Source: a virus. Taken from it: a DNA stretch of 41,981 bases. Numbering within the stretch: the first letter of the stretch is position 1; every line of letters begins with the position of its first letter. Under the pieces are notes generated by a model, which searched no databases, was not told where the DNA came from, and saw only the letters and a list, made by a program, of their open reading frames with translations. The translations under genes were made by a program, and so were the position numbers. The DNA is taken from IMG/VR virus record IMGVR_UViG_3300029127_000011; one strand, given 5' to 3'. This document shows, piece by piece, positions 41,467 through 41,981 of this stretch.

Positions 41467-41804
41467 ATATGGAAGATAAAAATCTGATGTCCGCTGATGT
41501 GGATATAGTAGTTCGTTTCTTCTCTGCCATCGACCGCCTGAAGGCTGATGGTTGCATTGGCGGTCTGAAGACAATAACCGACCGGTATGGCATCAACCGC
41601 TGGAACATCATGTCCCTGCGTGAAAAGCCTACCGAGTACTACGGTCGCTTTCGTCCGTCTTGGGTTCAGTTCCTAGTCCGTGACTACCACATAAACCCAT
41701 ACTGGCTGCTCCTTGGCTCTGGGGAGTTCTATGCGACTGGCTTCACGCCCGAAATCGTGAAAAACCTGAATAAAAACTGCACAAGAAAAAAGCAGTCTGC
41801 ATAA
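41463..41804 (+). CDS. HTH DNA-binding regulator (113 aa), Bacteroidetes prophage-repressor-like
   Basis: The ending ...HINPYWLLLGSGEFY is the characteristic tail of XRE/CI-type HTH domains. Confidence 0.6.
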   Translation: MNMEDKNLMSADVDIVVRFFSAIDRLKADGCIGGLKTITDRYGINRWNIMSLREKPTEYYGRFRPSWVQFLVRDYHINPYWLLLGSGEFYATGFTPEIVKNLNKNCTRKKQSA

Positions 41805-41882
41805 GTTTTTAATTTTCAATTATTTAGAACATACGTTATGATTTTAAGTACAACTTTACTGTTTTTCCCAGTATTTAAAGGG

Positions 41883-41981
41883 GTTCTTTGATACTCTGAT
41901 AACTTAAAAATGCCGCAATAATGCACCATGTTGCACAATTGCGGCTCTTAACGCTGAAAATAAACTGAACAAAAACTGCAC
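41883..41981. repeat. 99-bp direct terminal repeat, copy 2
   Basis: Identical to bases 1-99. Confidence 0.97.

Noticed and set aside
41883-41981. Terminal repeats interpreted as attL/attR of an integrated prophage with host flanks.
   Set aside because: The window contains no host genes outside the repeats, the repeat is not tRNA-like, and its exact length of 99 bp fits an assembler k-mer overlap. It is kept only as an alternative explanation.

Overview
The window is a complete, circularly closed temperate tailed-phage genome. Bases 1-99 are identical to 41883-41981, so the unique length is about 41,882 bp. The host is probably a member of Bacteroidota. Evidence: operon starts carry TTTG-N19-20-TAnnTTTG promoter boxes, start codons lack Shine-Dalgarno sequences, and the integrase is of the Bacteroidetes type with an arm-binding N-terminus.

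Layout:
- Plus strand (lysogeny side), 39575-41804 continuing across the circle junction to the integrase at 105-1271: CI-like HTH repressor, small membrane and secreted proteins, a second HTH protein, then the integrase.
- Minus strand, 39416 down to 30166: early, recombination and replication operon. It holds a Cro-like HTH, an Xis-like HTH, a single-strand annealing protein plus YqaJ exonuclease, a replisome organizer with internal iterons, and a RuvC-like resolvase.
- Minus strand, 30041 down to 26755: two ParB-like proteins, a P-loop kinase-like protein and a radical SAM protein, directly upstream of TerS/TerL.
- Minus strand, 26742 down to 8351: virion genes in a non-canonical order.
- Minus strand, 8202 down to 4765: a monocistronic Q/N-rich gene, then holin, GH19 endolysin and a u-spanin-like protein.
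- 1484-4464: an AT-richer cargo island next to the integrase.

Most interesting non-obvious signals:
1. A promoter-plus-terminator-bounded candidate small RNA of about 70 nt (1925-1997, minus strand). Its 5' end is the exact reverse complement of a 10-17 nt box that recurs just upstream of at least six minus-strand start codons.
2. The ParB/ParB/kinase/radical-SAM operon, a candidate DNA-modification or anti-defence module.
3. A duplicated block of about 105 bp (promoter, 5'UTR and first five codons) bracketing the cargo island and driving two small acidic proteins.
4. A perfect 28-bp tandem duplication read in two reading frames inside a 274-aa gene.
5. A tRNA-like T-arm/acceptor element in a structured 264-bp gap.

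All functional calls come from motif recognition and gene order by eye. No database search was possible.
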